From: Eledone cirrhosa
Taxonomy: Eukaryota
Length of the DNA stretch: 64,000 nucleotides
Assembly (NCBI GenBank): GCA_964016885.1
Contig: OZ024750.1
Location: forward strand, 23,932,001-23,996,000
Reading direction: 5' to 3'
Shown here piece by piece: positions 17,354 to 32,300 of this stretch. The position numbers and the translations under genes are program-made. Under the pieces are notes generated by a model. The model searched no databases and was not told the origin of the DNA. It worked only from the letters and a program-made list of their open reading frames with translations. The number at the start of each line of letters is the position of its first letter. Positions within the stretch are counted from its first letter, which is position 1.

Positions 17354-20300
17354 CTAGCAGTGGTACCCAGCGTTGCACGAGATAAGGTATTGTGAAATAT
17401 ATAACCGCCTTAGCTAAGCTTAGTATTGCCACGACCACGGCTGGCAAAGAAGTAAGGATCTGGTGGTATGTAAGTAAACAACACTGTGGCTTAAAACGTG
17501 AGGAAGAAGTTGTGTGCACTTACCAATTATTTGGGGAATGAGTGTGAGATTTGTCTTGAGCAACGGTGGCAGAATAACCGGAGGCGACATACAGACAGAT
17601 ATTATAAGGGCGTGTTCTGGATGCAGAGCGAATTGTAGGAAGTTATGTAATGCACACAGACAGATATTATAAGAGCGTGACGTTATATGTATGTATCTAT
17701 CTAAAAAGAGAAAGACTAAGAATTATAGAGAGATATCGCTAAATCGCCTAGGGCATTGAAAATTTTAAATTTCTTTTGCTCAGAACACTCCCTGAAACAT
17801 AAGTATTACATCTGTAAAGTTTGAAAACAGTCAGTTGGGTGCTTCTCTAGTTTTAGGGATTCAAACTCACACAGACAGACATCCTCAGTTTTATATATAT
17901 AGATTTTCATTTTTAGTTTAGTTGTTTACCACTTCGGCCTTTATAACTGAACTTTACAAACTTCAATTTCTATTTTTCACGTTGCTATTTTCAGTACACT
18001 AATTACTACTGGGTTAGGGTATTGGGTTTATGATTGCAATGTTGCGGGTTTGATTCTTGGACCAGATGACACATTGTGTTCTTAAGACACTTCACATTGC
18101 TCTGGTCTATTTAGCTGGAAATGGGTTGTTGTTTAGAGCATAACTTAAGGAGTATTTAGGCAAATTTATAATGGAAGGTTTAAATTTAACCCTTTTGTTA
18201 CCATGTTTTTAATAAGATACATTGCAATATTGTTTCAATAAATTTTGAAAATAAAAGTTTTAAGGAGTTTAAGATAGATAACTTTTCCATTAAGCTGATT
18301 TTTGGAACACTTACTTAACAATAATTTTTGACAAAATTATGATGGAAAGTTTTCATATATAACTTTAGAACGTGAAGTTTTATATCATAGAAGAAAGTAA
18401 TTTCAGGTGCGTTGGTATCACAAGGGCTACATATGGACACTTTAAGAACAAATGATTTTTCGTCTGGTATCAAAAGTTTTAATAGCTCTCCAGTTTATGT
18501 TATTACACATAGACATTTCTATTTGATTTAACTCTGTCATGGCCATATTTCTAATAAAATACATTGTGTGTTTAACTCTTAACAAATATGTAATATTTGT
18601 TAATTACAATGTTTATAGTATCTTTTTGATTGGCAATATTAAAGTAAAGACTTCAATGTTTAATGTGATGTAGTTACAGTGAAATTATATTTAAAATAAT
18701 CAGGAATTTGGGAGAATTTAGCAGAATAACTTCTCCGTTATTCTGATGTTTGGGTGTATAACTTTACAAAAAAATTTTGCATAAAATATGAAATTTACAT
18801 AAACAATTTTAAATGGACATGGTTTGTTTCAGGCGGCTTGAAACTATCCCTGGTTCTATAGTACAAAGCCGTTTATTTTAAATTGTTTATATTAGAAAAT
18901 ATTGCAATCTATGTATTGAGGAAGCTAAACAAATTCTCTTTTCTAAAGACCTTATAACTTTATATTATCATGGTGTTTTCAAAAGCTTCCCAATTTCCCT
19001 AATTAGAGAAATAGAATTTGTTGTCATAATACTGCTACCTTTTTATCTTTACACTCCTATTCACTGGTCTTCTACCTTTATATTTGTAATTTATAATTCC
19101 ACTTCTGCACAATTACACTATTTATTTTTCTAGCTGCCTTTCTAATTATTATTATTCTTACATTTATATTTTCTATTAATTGACAATTTAGTTAGATATA
19201 GAAATATTCCCTAATATGATACATATTTTTATCACTTTATTTTAAATTTCTAATTGTCACATAAGATTTATTTTCAACTACATTTTTATCATGATTTCTC
19301 TTTAGATCGATATATCTCTGGGTACGAATATTTTAATCACATGCATTAATTAATTTTTGCTTACCATTATATTAGAAATTTATTGCTCTAAGCTCTTAAT
19401 TGCCAATAATTTTGTAGATGAATTTTATTATCCTGTTAAATTTTATTTAACTTTTTTGACTATCTTATTACAAAAACTACCCATTTTAATTTTAAATCTT
19501 TCAGCATAATTTAATAAAGTACTATTTTAGTAATTAAATAATAATTTTAATAAATCCCTCAGTTCTTCACTAATTAATTAAAATGCACTATATGCATTAA
19601 AAATATAACAAAAATGTAAACATTTACTGTTGGGTAAACTTACATTTAAGTTCTTTTATATAATTATGGGTTTACGCTGGAGTGAATTACAAAGCAGTTA
19701 AAAAATATGCAACCATTATAATATGTATTCAAAAGTGAAACTCCACATGGATTGATATCCAGTGGTTCTTATTGACACATTTACATTTAAAGTCTTTTCC
19801 ATGCTTGCATGGATTAGATGTATGTACTAAGACTAGACTGATCAGTTGGCTATGTCTTGTTTGTTTTTGGCTTAGTTTCTACAGTTGAATGCTCTTTGTC
19901 ACACCAACTACTTTACAGTATGTATTGGAATTATTTTATCATGCCTCTGGCACTGCCACCTTACAGGGTCAACTGGATGGGTTTTTTTTATTATGGTACC
20001 AGCACCACCACCACCTTACAAGATGAACTGGGTGCTTTTCAATGTGGCACCAGCAATATATAAAGTACACTCTGAAAAGTGGTTGGTAATAGGAATGGCA
20101 TCCACCTGTAGAAAACTTGCCACAATAACATACACTCGGTTGAGCATTCTGTTGCATTGAGGTCACATGTGGGCTGCCTGTGAAGCTGCAGAACCTAATA
20201 AGAGCATATTATAGTTTTACACAAGCAAAGATGTGTTGGCATGGTGGGGAATTTGACAACATAGAAATTTGCTCAGGCGTCCTGCAGGGCTGTGTTCTGT

Positions 20301-23300
20301 CTCCCACACTTGTTAATTATGCTGTCAGTTTGGTTGCAGAATATGCCCTGACATATTCCCCAGGTATTACTGGCCTTAACCAAATTGGCAACCCCGAGAT
20401 AGCCGATGATAACTACATTCATGTTTAATCAGCTGTAAAACACCTCAGTATGTACACATTGCTTGTTCATATGCAGCCAACATGGATATTATTTGCTGGT
20501 ATCTCACTTGACAGGATCCCCATCATACTTTATAGCGAGTCAATTTATTCAAATATCTCAGCACCACTCACTGTCACTACCACAAGTCATAGGAAACAAG
20601 AGACAGATGTCTACATCAAGTGTGAGCTGTAACAATGCCAACAAAGAACTGGCTATATGACTTCCTAATAAACATATGTAGTTATGTAATATTGATAATT
20701 CACATGTAGTTGTTATGCTGATATTTCAATTTCAAATACACTACTTTCATCAACTTAAGCCAGTAAGTTGCTAGAAATGGGGGTGAAAGCAGCATATTTA
20801 AAATTGGAGCCAGCTACAGTGAGTGGATGTATAAATCTAACTTGGCTTTTTTTGATTTAACAACCAAAAAAGTTAAATACTTAAAAGTATATATCATAAA
20901 TTGTGACACCTAAGTAACTCCAATAAGTTACTACAGAGTTCTAATGAAATTGGCGTTAAGAAAGCATCCAGCTGTAGAAACTAAGCCAGATATGGAATAT
21001 ATAAACAAGATGTAGTTCTTCAAACATTCTAGTTTTGGACTGTGATGACCATCTCTTTAATTTTCCCCAACCACTGAGTAGAGCATTTGATGATTTGAAC
21101 AAAATTATTTTAGTAAATCCCTCAAAATTCTTCATTAATTAATTGAAGTAGTGTATTATATTAGAAATATAGTTGCGAAAGAGTTGTGAATATAATAACG
21201 TTCATGTTTTACAGCCATTGGGAAAGGCATGAACACTGCAACATATTGGTTTTCCCTGATTTCTTTGCACATTACCATCCCCCCACCCTCAAATTCTTCA
21301 TTTTCAAAATGAAGGCTTTAACCCTTTAGTATTCACATTATTTTATATATACTATTATATTTTCATGGTAAATATCTCACATAATATCGAATCTATGAGA
21401 TTTTGAAAGTATTTATTTTGAGAACAATACCTTAACATCAGTTTGAGTGACCAGTTACAGCCAGTTTCAACAGAAAGAGGTAGAGAATTCTGGCCGGATT
21501 GATCACTAAAGGGTTAAAGAGGAAAAAGTATTTATTCAAAACATTACTCCTTCTCCTTCTTTTTCTTGTTTCTCCTCTTCAACCACTTATTCCTGTGAGG
21601 GTCGTGGGAGCAGAATCCTCAAACACTCAATGCAGCGGGTCCTGTCAGAAGCAACCTTCTCCAACTGGTCCAGCTGGATCCCCAAGCTCATGGGTGTTAT
21701 CCAACCATCTTGCTTGGGGTCTACTCCTGGGTCTCCTGTCGGTTGGTTTTTGCCTGTAAAATCTGTCCAGCGATTCTTTCCTGAGACATTCAAACTACAT
21801 TCCCATAGTATCAAAGCTGTGATCTCACAATTCGGAGAAGTAGCAGCTCTACTTGGAGTGACTCTGGTCTCCAAGCTACGCACTCTGAGTAACGTTACTC
21901 CAACAGCCCTTTGGAGGAACCCCATTTCAGCCACTTGTAATCGCGATCGTATTCTTTTGTTCATTCCCAAGATTCTTGATCATAGGTAAGGGTTGGCGTG
22001 AATACCAAATAACATTTCTACATATTTAATTTTAATCTAGGTTTTAAAAAATTTTTTATTATTATTATTATTATAAAATTTCTACTTAACCTGAAAGAAA
22101 TAAAAAAAAATGTGTATCATAGATTATTGTATATTTATTTTGTTTTATAGGTTAATCACCAGTCCGGGGATGCTTCAAATCCGAGCAAGCGTCAACCAGG
22201 ACGACTTACAAACCAGCTACAATATTTACTGAAAGTTGTAGTGAAAGCAGTTTGGAAACATCAGTTTGCCTGGCCATTTCATCAGCCAGTTGATGCAGAG
22301 AAGCTTAACTTACCAGTAAGTATATGTTTATATATTTGATGACAGCTAATGCAAATTTACACCAAATGCTTGAGATTGAAAACTTTTAAATCTGCTTTAT
22401 ACATTTAGTTCAATTAATAATCTTTAATTCAAAAGGTTTTCTATCATCGTTAGTCTTTACTAGATTTATGTTTTAGCTAAGTGGCTAGTAGCTGACGTGG
22501 AGGTTAAGATAATTGATATGTTAATCTTGAACTGTCTTCAGATTTGAAAACTATTTTTGTTTAAAGTAACTAAGTATAGATATCTGTTTATATAGCTTTT
22601 AATTTACAAATTTGAAATATTTTTTTTCATAAGACCATAAATTATTTAACCAATGTAAGGAGAAATATTTATGTACCATTTTTCCTCCTGATAATGTTAA
22701 AATTGAGAGTAAACAGTGCCTCACTTTGCTTTCTAAAGTTACCTTTAAAACAGAGTATTTAATAATTAGAAACAAACTTGCACTGAAGTGCATCTTGATT
22801 AACTATTAACATCCTATAGTGATTTAGCAGAAAATATCTAAAATCAGATTTATTGATTCAAATATTTATATCTTTACAACTGGGCAGATTGTTGTGAACA
22901 TTTGTAATATTAGATATAGCAGAGACTTTGATTTTTAACGTAATACAGTCATGTGCATTACATATGGCCTAGTTATTGGGGTCTTAGACTCGCAATCATA
23001 AGAACATGGTTCTGTTCCTGGACTGGTTGGTGCATTGTATGAAGACACTTTATTTCACATTGCTTTTCATGTTAAGAAACTTTCAATGAGATGAGGCCAG
23101 CTAAACTTGCTTAGGCATGAGCTATAATTTCCATTTCATTTCATATTCGTATGGGCAAGCATTTATCTCCTGCATGCAACATCTGATTTCTCTATACTCA
23201 GTTTTTCTCTCAGCTCATCTATGCTTCATCGACCACATTACACATTCAATTTCATATCTATATTTATCTTTGTAGGATTATCACAAAATAATTAAGTTCC

Positions 23301-26300
23301 CAATGGATCTGGGGACTATAAAGAAGCGCCTTGAAACAAATTATTATCACAGTGCAAAGGAGTGCATCAATGACTTCAATACTATGTTCACAAATTGTTA
23401 TGTTTATAACAAACCTGGCGAGGTAAGAACATGGATTTTAAAAAATAATATTGTCTTTATTTTAATGTCATTACATAATTTTTTAACTCTCCCAAACCTG
23501 GGTCCCTGTGTCTAACTTTAACCTCCACCTGGGCTCCTGAGCAAAAAAATAAATAGATGCATACACAGCTCAAGAGTAATGATTGCAAGCAATCCAATGG
23601 ACAGAAGCAATATGCTTTAAAAAAAAAAAAAAACGCTTACCCCCATTAAAAATAAAAGTAGACAACAGCTATAGGAGACGTCATAAACATATAACTACAA
23701 AACTGCAGTGTGATCAGTTGTCTATTTTTAGTATTTTATCTTATTTTTTATGTATGTTGTTCATTACTGCTTTAATGAGAATCTGGTAGAGATTACATTT
23801 AGACTATTACCGCAATAGCGGAAATACAGCGCAACATGGTTTGCATGCATGGCTATGTGATTATGGACATGTGTCAGCTTCATCCCCACTGCATACCACC
23901 TTGGCCAAGTGTCTTTTATTTTAGCCATGGCTTAACAATTGGCAGTAAAATTTGGTTGACAGAAACTGCGGGAATATGTTTTGTATGTATGTGTTTGTGT
24001 CCCAAGTGTTTGTTTATGCTATAATCAACAAAGAGATTGATAAAATAAATACCAGACTTGGAAAATATAAGTATTGATGGTAGGAGTCAATATAATCTAC
24101 TAAATCTCTTCAAGGCAGTGTCCCAGCATGGCTGCAGTCTAATGACTGAAACCAGTAAAAGAATAGAATTATCTGCAGTTCCTTGAAGAAGGAAGTTAAT
24201 TACATAAAAATATGTTCTAGCTTTAATTAATTTTCCAGATTGTTTATGGATGTAACATACAAAAGTAAACTTTATTGTGCATTTATACTATATTAATAAT
24301 GCAAAACTTTTTATGAATTTCAGGATATTGTTCTTATGGCCCAGACATTAGAAAAATTATTCCTGCAAAAGGTGGCTCAAATGCCTCAAGAGGTAAGTTT
24401 GGTAGTAATAGTATATTGTCTCATTGATAATATATCACTATTTCATTTCATTCTTTTGACTTTGAGTGCCAGTGTTTTGTTAGGTTTTTTGTGTGTTTTA
24501 CTCGTTGTGCCCTCTCTAGTGATTAGGATGTTCAGCTTATGATTGCAATGTCATAGGTTTGATTCCTGAACCTAGTGGCACATTGTGTTCTTCCTCCAGC
24601 CAGCTTAGCTGAAAATGAATATCAGCAACAGCTGGGGGTTAATTCTGCATTGGAAACTATGGACTGGTGAACCTCAAAGCTTGGGACAGACTTTTAACCC
24701 TTTTTTGGGCCATAATTACACATTGATTCTTGTTTGTTTGTTTTTTAAACTATTAAAAATAAGATACTTTGATCAATTTTTATTTATTTACTTTGTTTGA
24801 GCCTGTGCTTCAAAAACTAAATTAACACCAATATTTCTTTAACATACAATCAGTTCGGCACTCAGAGTTAATTAGCAACTATTGTTAACAATTAATGGTG
24901 CGTGGCATAGTAGCTAGGATAATTGAGGTAATGATCATAAGGTTGTGAGTTCAATTCCCACTAGCACATTGTGTCCTTGAACAAGTGACTTTATGTCACA
25001 TTGCTCCAGTTCACCCAACTGTACCTGTGATTAAAAAGACCAACTTTGTAACACTGGATCTCCTTGAGAATTATGTTATGTATGCATGTGTCAGTGAAAG
25101 TCTCAATCACTTGCACCTGAATTTCATAATCAAGCTGTTCTGGTTAAACAACTGGGACAACCATTGGAATCTATGCAGATCCAATGAACAAGCATAACAA
25201 CTTCCTCTGTTCTAGATTTAATGTTTTAATGCATCCTGTACACTCTGTAGAATATGGGTATGTAATGGAAGTGTACTCGCTGGTCTGTTTAAGAGGTTAA
25301 TGACTATGACTTAATATCGATTTAGTCTGTGATGACCCAAGCAACCTTTGCTAGCAGAGGTGAATCGACGTTAAATATGATGATGTGGGTGGTTTTATTA
25401 AGTTGATTTTTTTAATTGTATTTTTAGGAAGTTGAAACCACTGTCCCCCCTAAGAAGGCAACAAGTTCTAAAGGAGGCTCTTCCTCATCTGCTGCTAATG
25501 CTGCCAATTCTGCATCTGCTTCCTGTGCCACTGCTGTTCCACCTCCCTCTTCTGCACCAACAATATGTGCTGCTCCAGTTGCTCCTCCAGCATCCCAGGC
25601 TGCTTTGTCAGCCCCAACTTCTGCAGCACCAACTCAGGTAACCTCTCCTGTAGCTTCACCAGTCCGTAATTACACTGCTAACCAGTCAGCCACTATTGTT
25701 AAATCCCTAAAGGAAGAAGAGTCAGAATCGTCACAAGTTCAAGGAACTGTTTTACCACCATCTCAACCTACAAAGGTAATATGTATTTAAAATTTTTTCA
25801 TATTTTGTTACTATTTATGGTTTCTAGTTATGAAAATATTTATTTTCATAAGTATAGTAGAAATAGCCTTCATGATTGGGGTTCATTAACTTTTTCATTG
25901 CCATATTTCTAGTGACATATACTACCTATGATTGTCAATTAATTTTGAAAATATAAAAAAAAAAAATGAAATTGGGTTATTTAGTAATATAACTGATTTT
26001 CAAATAATTTAAAAAACAAGAATATAGAGACATTTAGTTATATCATTTACTGATTATCTGGTGTTGGAGCATGACTTAAAATTCTTACATAAGATTATGA
26101 TAGGTGCTTAGATAAATATTAACAGTTTTGTATGTATCACTGAACCAAGGGTACGTCTAGTTGGTTTAGTATCAAAAGTGTTAAACAACTATACCTATGT
26201 ATGTAGGGACTTATTGTGTAAAAACTTTAATATCAACATTTTTCTTTCAGACAAAGAAAGGTGTTAAACGGAAAGCAGATACAACTACTCCTGGCAGCAT

Positions 26301-29300
26301 TGGTCCTGCTACAGTTCCATCAGTTTACAACCCATCATCTGTCTATGAGCCTAAGTTTGATAATAAGCTTTCATCATCAGCTAAAATACCTTTGAGAAGG
26401 GAGAGTAACAGGCAAATAAAAAAGCCTAAGAGGGATTTACCTGAAGATCAGGTAAATAAAAATTTTGGCAAAGATCTTAAAATTGTTTCAACTCTTTAAC
26501 ATCCTGTAATAATTAGCAGAAAATATATAAAGGCAAGTTAATTCAAATGTTTATAATATCTTTATTAGTAGACAAATCATAAAAATTTGCAATAGATAAA
26601 TCTAAAGATTTTTAATGTGCCAGTCATAGTGCTGTTTTGTGCTAATCATGATGTTTTGCTAATATGGTTTAATCCATTTTAACACAGATGTATAAATATG
26701 AAATATGAGCTAAAAACAATGAATTATTGGTTATCTTAAGAACTATTCAGCTTCAATGTTATAATTATAATTCATACTATTATATATTATCATTATATAA
26801 TTGGCGTGAATTAAATGAATTCTTAGTTAACCTCAGCTGATTATCAGTTCGGTTTAGATAATATTTTTTTAATTTCCAAATAACTTTGTTTCTTTTTTTC
26901 TTCTTAGTTGATGTAAAAAGGCTAATAAGCTCATTTCATTTATATTAATGCTAGTAGCTTTAAGATATTGTTCCTGGCTTCACAACTTTGATTAAAATAG
27001 AAATATTTTCACATAAAAAAATTCACTTGTTTTAAATTTCTTGTCAGTTTAGATTAAATAATTTGTTGGGCTTTCTCAAGATATTTGTTTGGTCTTGCCA
27101 ACCTTCAATATTTAAGTTACTTGGTTTTCTTATTTCAATTCTTCTATTTTTTTTAGAATTATTTTTAATGATTCAATTATAAAGATCTTTAATTAGAATT
27201 CAAATAATTGTTTCTACAATAGGCACAAGGCCAGCAATTATCCCAGTGTATTACTGGTACTTTAGAATTCAAATAACGTTGAATTTTTTGTATTAAAAAA
27301 AAAAACCAGGGTACTTTTTCTTTTTTTTTGTTTTGTTCTTTTGTTTAGTCTCTGATTTGCTGCTTGTAGTTGATGAACATGTGTATTTTCAGATGCTTTT
27401 ACTTGAAAATCATGAGTACAAGAATCTCCCTCCAGATGTAACAATCTCCCTCCGAAATAAATCAAGATCTCCTAAATCAGTTCCAAAGGTTGGCAAGTAT
27501 AAAGTATATTTTCCTATTAACGTATAAAATGCCAGATGTATGTTTGAACACAATAACTTACACAAAGCAGTTAAATTGACTTAGTTGATTAAAGATATTG
27601 TGCATGGGAATTTTAATATTATTTGCTCGTAGTTCATATAATACCTGAGTATTTTTGTGTGCATTTCATATAGTTAAATTATCTTAATTTTGGAATTATT
27701 TATTGCATGTCTTCTGAAAACTAACTTTTGTGATGTCCTGTGTCTTGTAAACTGGTTAGTTTCTTTTTTCTCCAGCCTTAGTCATATGACTTGTTGTTAA
27801 ACTAAAATATCTGTTTCTTAGTGTTGTTATTGTAGTTTGACTTTACTGCCTTCATCACTTGTCTCCAGTTTCAGTCCCGTGTTGTTTTCTTTCATGGAAA
27901 TTGTTCATAGAAGAGAAAATCTCTCTTATAGTTGTTAGGGAATAGTTTCTCTAAGATTAACAAGAAATTAATTAGCAAGATAATGTATACATTTTCAATC
28001 AACCATTTTCCAAATTATTCCCTTTGAATTTTAGTTTGAAACAACCTTTTAAAGGTTTGTTTGATACGTTTCACCTTAATTTTATGTAAGAGCCTTTCTC
28101 ATTATTTAAGCAGATGTTTGGAACATAGCAAAGGTTCTTGCATAAAATTATTGGGGAAGGGTTTTAGATAAATATAAACAGTTTAGTATTGTAGACCCAA
28201 GGGCCATTTGTATGACTGTGAAATTGCTTCTTGTAGATTGTTGTTGAAATTCTGATCTACTGTAATTTAAAAAAAAAATTACTGTTTACTTGGAAAGGGA
28301 AGGGCAGTTATCCATGACTATTTTCAGGGCTTCTGGTGCAGGTTGGAGGGAGGGAGGGAGGGATCAAGATATCAAATTGGAAAATTTTGATGAAGGCATC
28401 TATAAACTAGGTAGTGGGCAAGGCACACCACAAAGTATTTCGCCTCATACTTTAACAATTTTGCCACTCTGGATTGGTATGTCATAAACCCTGAAAGATG
28501 AAAGATAAAGTTAGTCTTAGTGGGACATAAACTTGGATTGTTAGACTCGGACCAAATGCTGCTGGGCATTTTCCTGTATACTCTAACGTCTCCCCTCTGC
28601 ACTCTCTTTGTTGAAATTGTATTTGGCAATTGCGTCTTCAAAGCATAGGTATGAGAAGTGATTAAAAACCAAAACGGCAGTTGTTTGACAGGTTATTATC
28701 ATTGGTAACAATATGCTGGTTAACATTTCAAGGATTTTCTGGCTGCTGTTTCTATATGTGAGCTGGGTTTTATTTTTGCTGACACTATTCTGTGATCTGA
28801 CACTGCACCGTTGAAAGAAGAGTAGGCTCAGCAAATTTTAATCTGTTGATCTACTTCCTTCACACTAAAACATAATCCAGCTAAGCCTTGCTACCAGAAG
28901 GGTTTTCATGAACATGGTGTTCATTGCTGTGAGATTGTGCTCCATCACAAAGTCTCCCAACTTTAATCCATTTCTATTAGTTTGTTTGTGAAAAGAGAAT
29001 CTTGTATCAGTGCTTCCCAGTTTAGCATTGAAGTCTCCATAAACTAGCAAGAGCTTATGTTTAGGCATGTTGCTGCAGGCGGATTTAAACCGGCTGTAAC
29101 TGGACACTCATACTGATGTTAAGTTATTGTTCTCAAAATAAATAATATCAAAATCTCATATATTCGATATTATGAGGTAAAGCCTTTACCATGAAAATAT
29201 AATAGTAAATATAGATTTCATTTTCTGAACTGCAATTGCTATAGCAGTAGATAACTGTGGTTACAGAATTTGATGTCAGTTCAACAATTAAGCAGTGGTT

Positions 29301-32300
29301 AGAAAGGTTTTCAATTTTTGTGATACATTCACAAGTTTTCCTAGGCATTTCCATTGGAAGCATTTGCTTTATTTTTCCAGCAGGAACTTATAAGTTGATA
29401 ATCAAGATGCCTTTTGTGGTACTTGATATCAATATTGTAAGAGTTTCCAAGAAAGCTCAGTTTCTCAGTGCATCCAGCTGCGTTCAATGTACGTGTGTTG
29501 AGGGAACTTACTGTAGTAGCTTTGGTGCACCTTACAAACATAGGTTTAGATATTGACACCAGACTTTCGCCATCATGATCAACTTGCTCTGCTGAGTTGA
29601 CCCTTCATATAGTTCTGTTGGTGAACCCTGAAATCGTATTGTATCCTTAATTGCACAGGCTTGAACTGTGGTACTGTAGTTTGTGCTTTGTCGTCTTTTC
29701 AGTATCAAAAAATATTACACGTGATTTGTCAGGTCTACATGCATTACAGTAACTTTCTTATGAAGCTTGGTGGCCTCGACCATTGATAATGTTATCCATA
29801 TGCTTCATGTCATGTGATCATATCCACTGCAGCTTCACCGTAACCCTGAGTCGGGTGACTCATTGGTTTTAGACCTTGTTTTGGTCTGGGGCTGCTTATT
29901 ACACTATTCACAGCTAATCCCATTACACGTCTCTTACTTGCGCCCTAGGTAACCTTTTACTTCAATAGTCACTCTGAGTACTATACGCACGCGCACACAC
30001 ACACATACAGCTTAAAGTTAATGAAAAAGATTAAATGTATTTTAATAAAAATTATGCACACACACACATACATAAACACATATGTACATAATTTATTGGA
30101 TGGCTGATGACTCCTCTGAGTTCATCTGCCCTTTGACAGGTTTTGCTTTTCACCCTGCAGGGTGCCCATAAATCACCCTCCTCACCAACCAAGCAAGCAA
30201 GCTTGGTGGGGTTCCTGGTTTAGTTGCTGATGACCCAACCATGCAACAGCTTGTCTCATTGTTATATCACATAAAGCAGCTTATAAATAAATGACTAAAC
30301 AGGCAACAGCTATTAAGGCAGTGGCAAGCGTAGTCGGCCCCATAAAAGATTTCATGCTCATCATGGTGTCCTTTTTAAAGCTATCGTTTACAGCTAAGAT
30401 GCCTTTCTTGATGCTAACCTTTTTTAGTCACTTCTTAGGACAGGCAAGGATACCATACAGTGTACCTATTTAAAACTAAATATACACAGCATTGAGAAAA
30501 TGGTGATAAATGTAGACATATTACTGGTATCTATAATATATACCCACACAGGGATTTTTGCTGCATTATAAACTATGCTTCTCATTTCCTTTCTTTTCTA
30601 GGCACAACATAGCTCAAAAAACAAAAAGGGTAAACTCTCAGAGCAGTTGAAATACTGCAATGTTTTGCTGAAAGAACTATTTGCCAAGAAGCATGCAGTA
30701 AGTCATAATCTATTTTATACATTTTTTTTCATTTTAATTTTTTCTCATCTTCATCATAATCATCAGTTTATGTCTGCTTTCCATGCTGGCATAGGTTAGA
30801 CAAATTGTTATGCTCCTAAACAAGACATGGTTAAATAACGTTATATTTTCTTCTATATTTTAGCATAGTTTCTACAGCCTGATGCCCTTCTTAATGCCAA
30901 CCACTTTACAGAGTGTACCGTGTGCATTTTATTGTGGAACGAGCAGTAACACATGAAAAATTCAAGCTCTTCACAGCCAGTTGTTTGTATTTATTGTGTG
31001 TGTCGATAGGAACATGTTTACGGCAAATCACATACACACATGGCGACTTTGTTACAGTTTCTGCCTGTTGAATTTAATTACAAAGCATTAGTTAGCCTGG
31101 GGCTGTAGAAGTCACTTGAAGAAGGTGAAATACAGGAGTACTAAACTCAAGACCATGTAGTTTTGAGGTAGATTTCTGAACCAGACAGCCATGCCTGTGT
31201 CTATGGTTAATTAATCTTAGCTGACTGTTTAACTTAATATCATTAACTGGCAAAAGTGGGATCTGAACTCATGCCCACATTTTTAAGCTATTGATTGATA
31301 TACATTATACCTGTATTTCAACATTTATTTGCATTATCTACCAGATGGATTGTTGAGTGATTTTCTTTTTTCTTTTGTAGACTTTTTACATTTTTATCTT
31401 TATCTACCAGGTGGATTGCTAATTTAATGATTTTAAAAATTTATTTGTAGGGTTATGCTTGGCCTTTTTACAAACCAGTTGATGCTGAGTTGTTGGGACT
31501 CCATGACTATCATGATATAATAAAAAAACCTATGGATCTTGGAAGTATCAAGGTAGGGGATCAATTCAAAGAAGTTTCATTCTTGTTTTTCATCGTCATT
31601 TTACATCTGTTTTCCATGCTAGCATGTGTTGTCCAGATTGTTCCGGTTTGAGATGGACTAGTTAGTGGTCCTTATTTTGCTTGTAGTGTACTGGGCTCAT
31701 TTAAACACCACTTTAGTGTGTACTAGATGTACTTGGTGCATTTTATCATGGCACCAACACTACCACTTTACATGTGCTGGGTGCATTTTATCATGGCACT
31801 AGAATCACCACTAACAGTTTTTGTTCTTGAATTTGAGTCTGATTTGCTTTATTTAATTTTGTAATTTAAATATCTCTGTTTTTCTCATTCAATTCTTAAT
31901 GTCCTATACCTATGTGAAACTGCCACTGTTAACATTCTTTACATCATATTTTTTGAGAGCACTTATTTTTTAATTGTTATGTTACTCATTAAAAATCATA
32001 CATATACAACATTTTTAGCACAAATGAATGTGTCAGGTTAAACATTAGTCTTCACTCTATTACTGCAAACTTTTACACTTATCTGTCCACTGGTAAAGAT
32101 ACTATAAAGATTTGAATTAACAAATGGGTTTTTAGCTATTTTCTGATAAATCAGTACAGGATGTTAAGAGATAGTATTGAGAAAGAAAAAGATGCAGTAT
32201 ATAAAGAATATAGCAGAATAAATATGTAGACTTTGGAATCAAAATTAATGTAGAATTAACTGAATCTGTGTGGGAATTAGATATCCCTGATCTATTGAAG

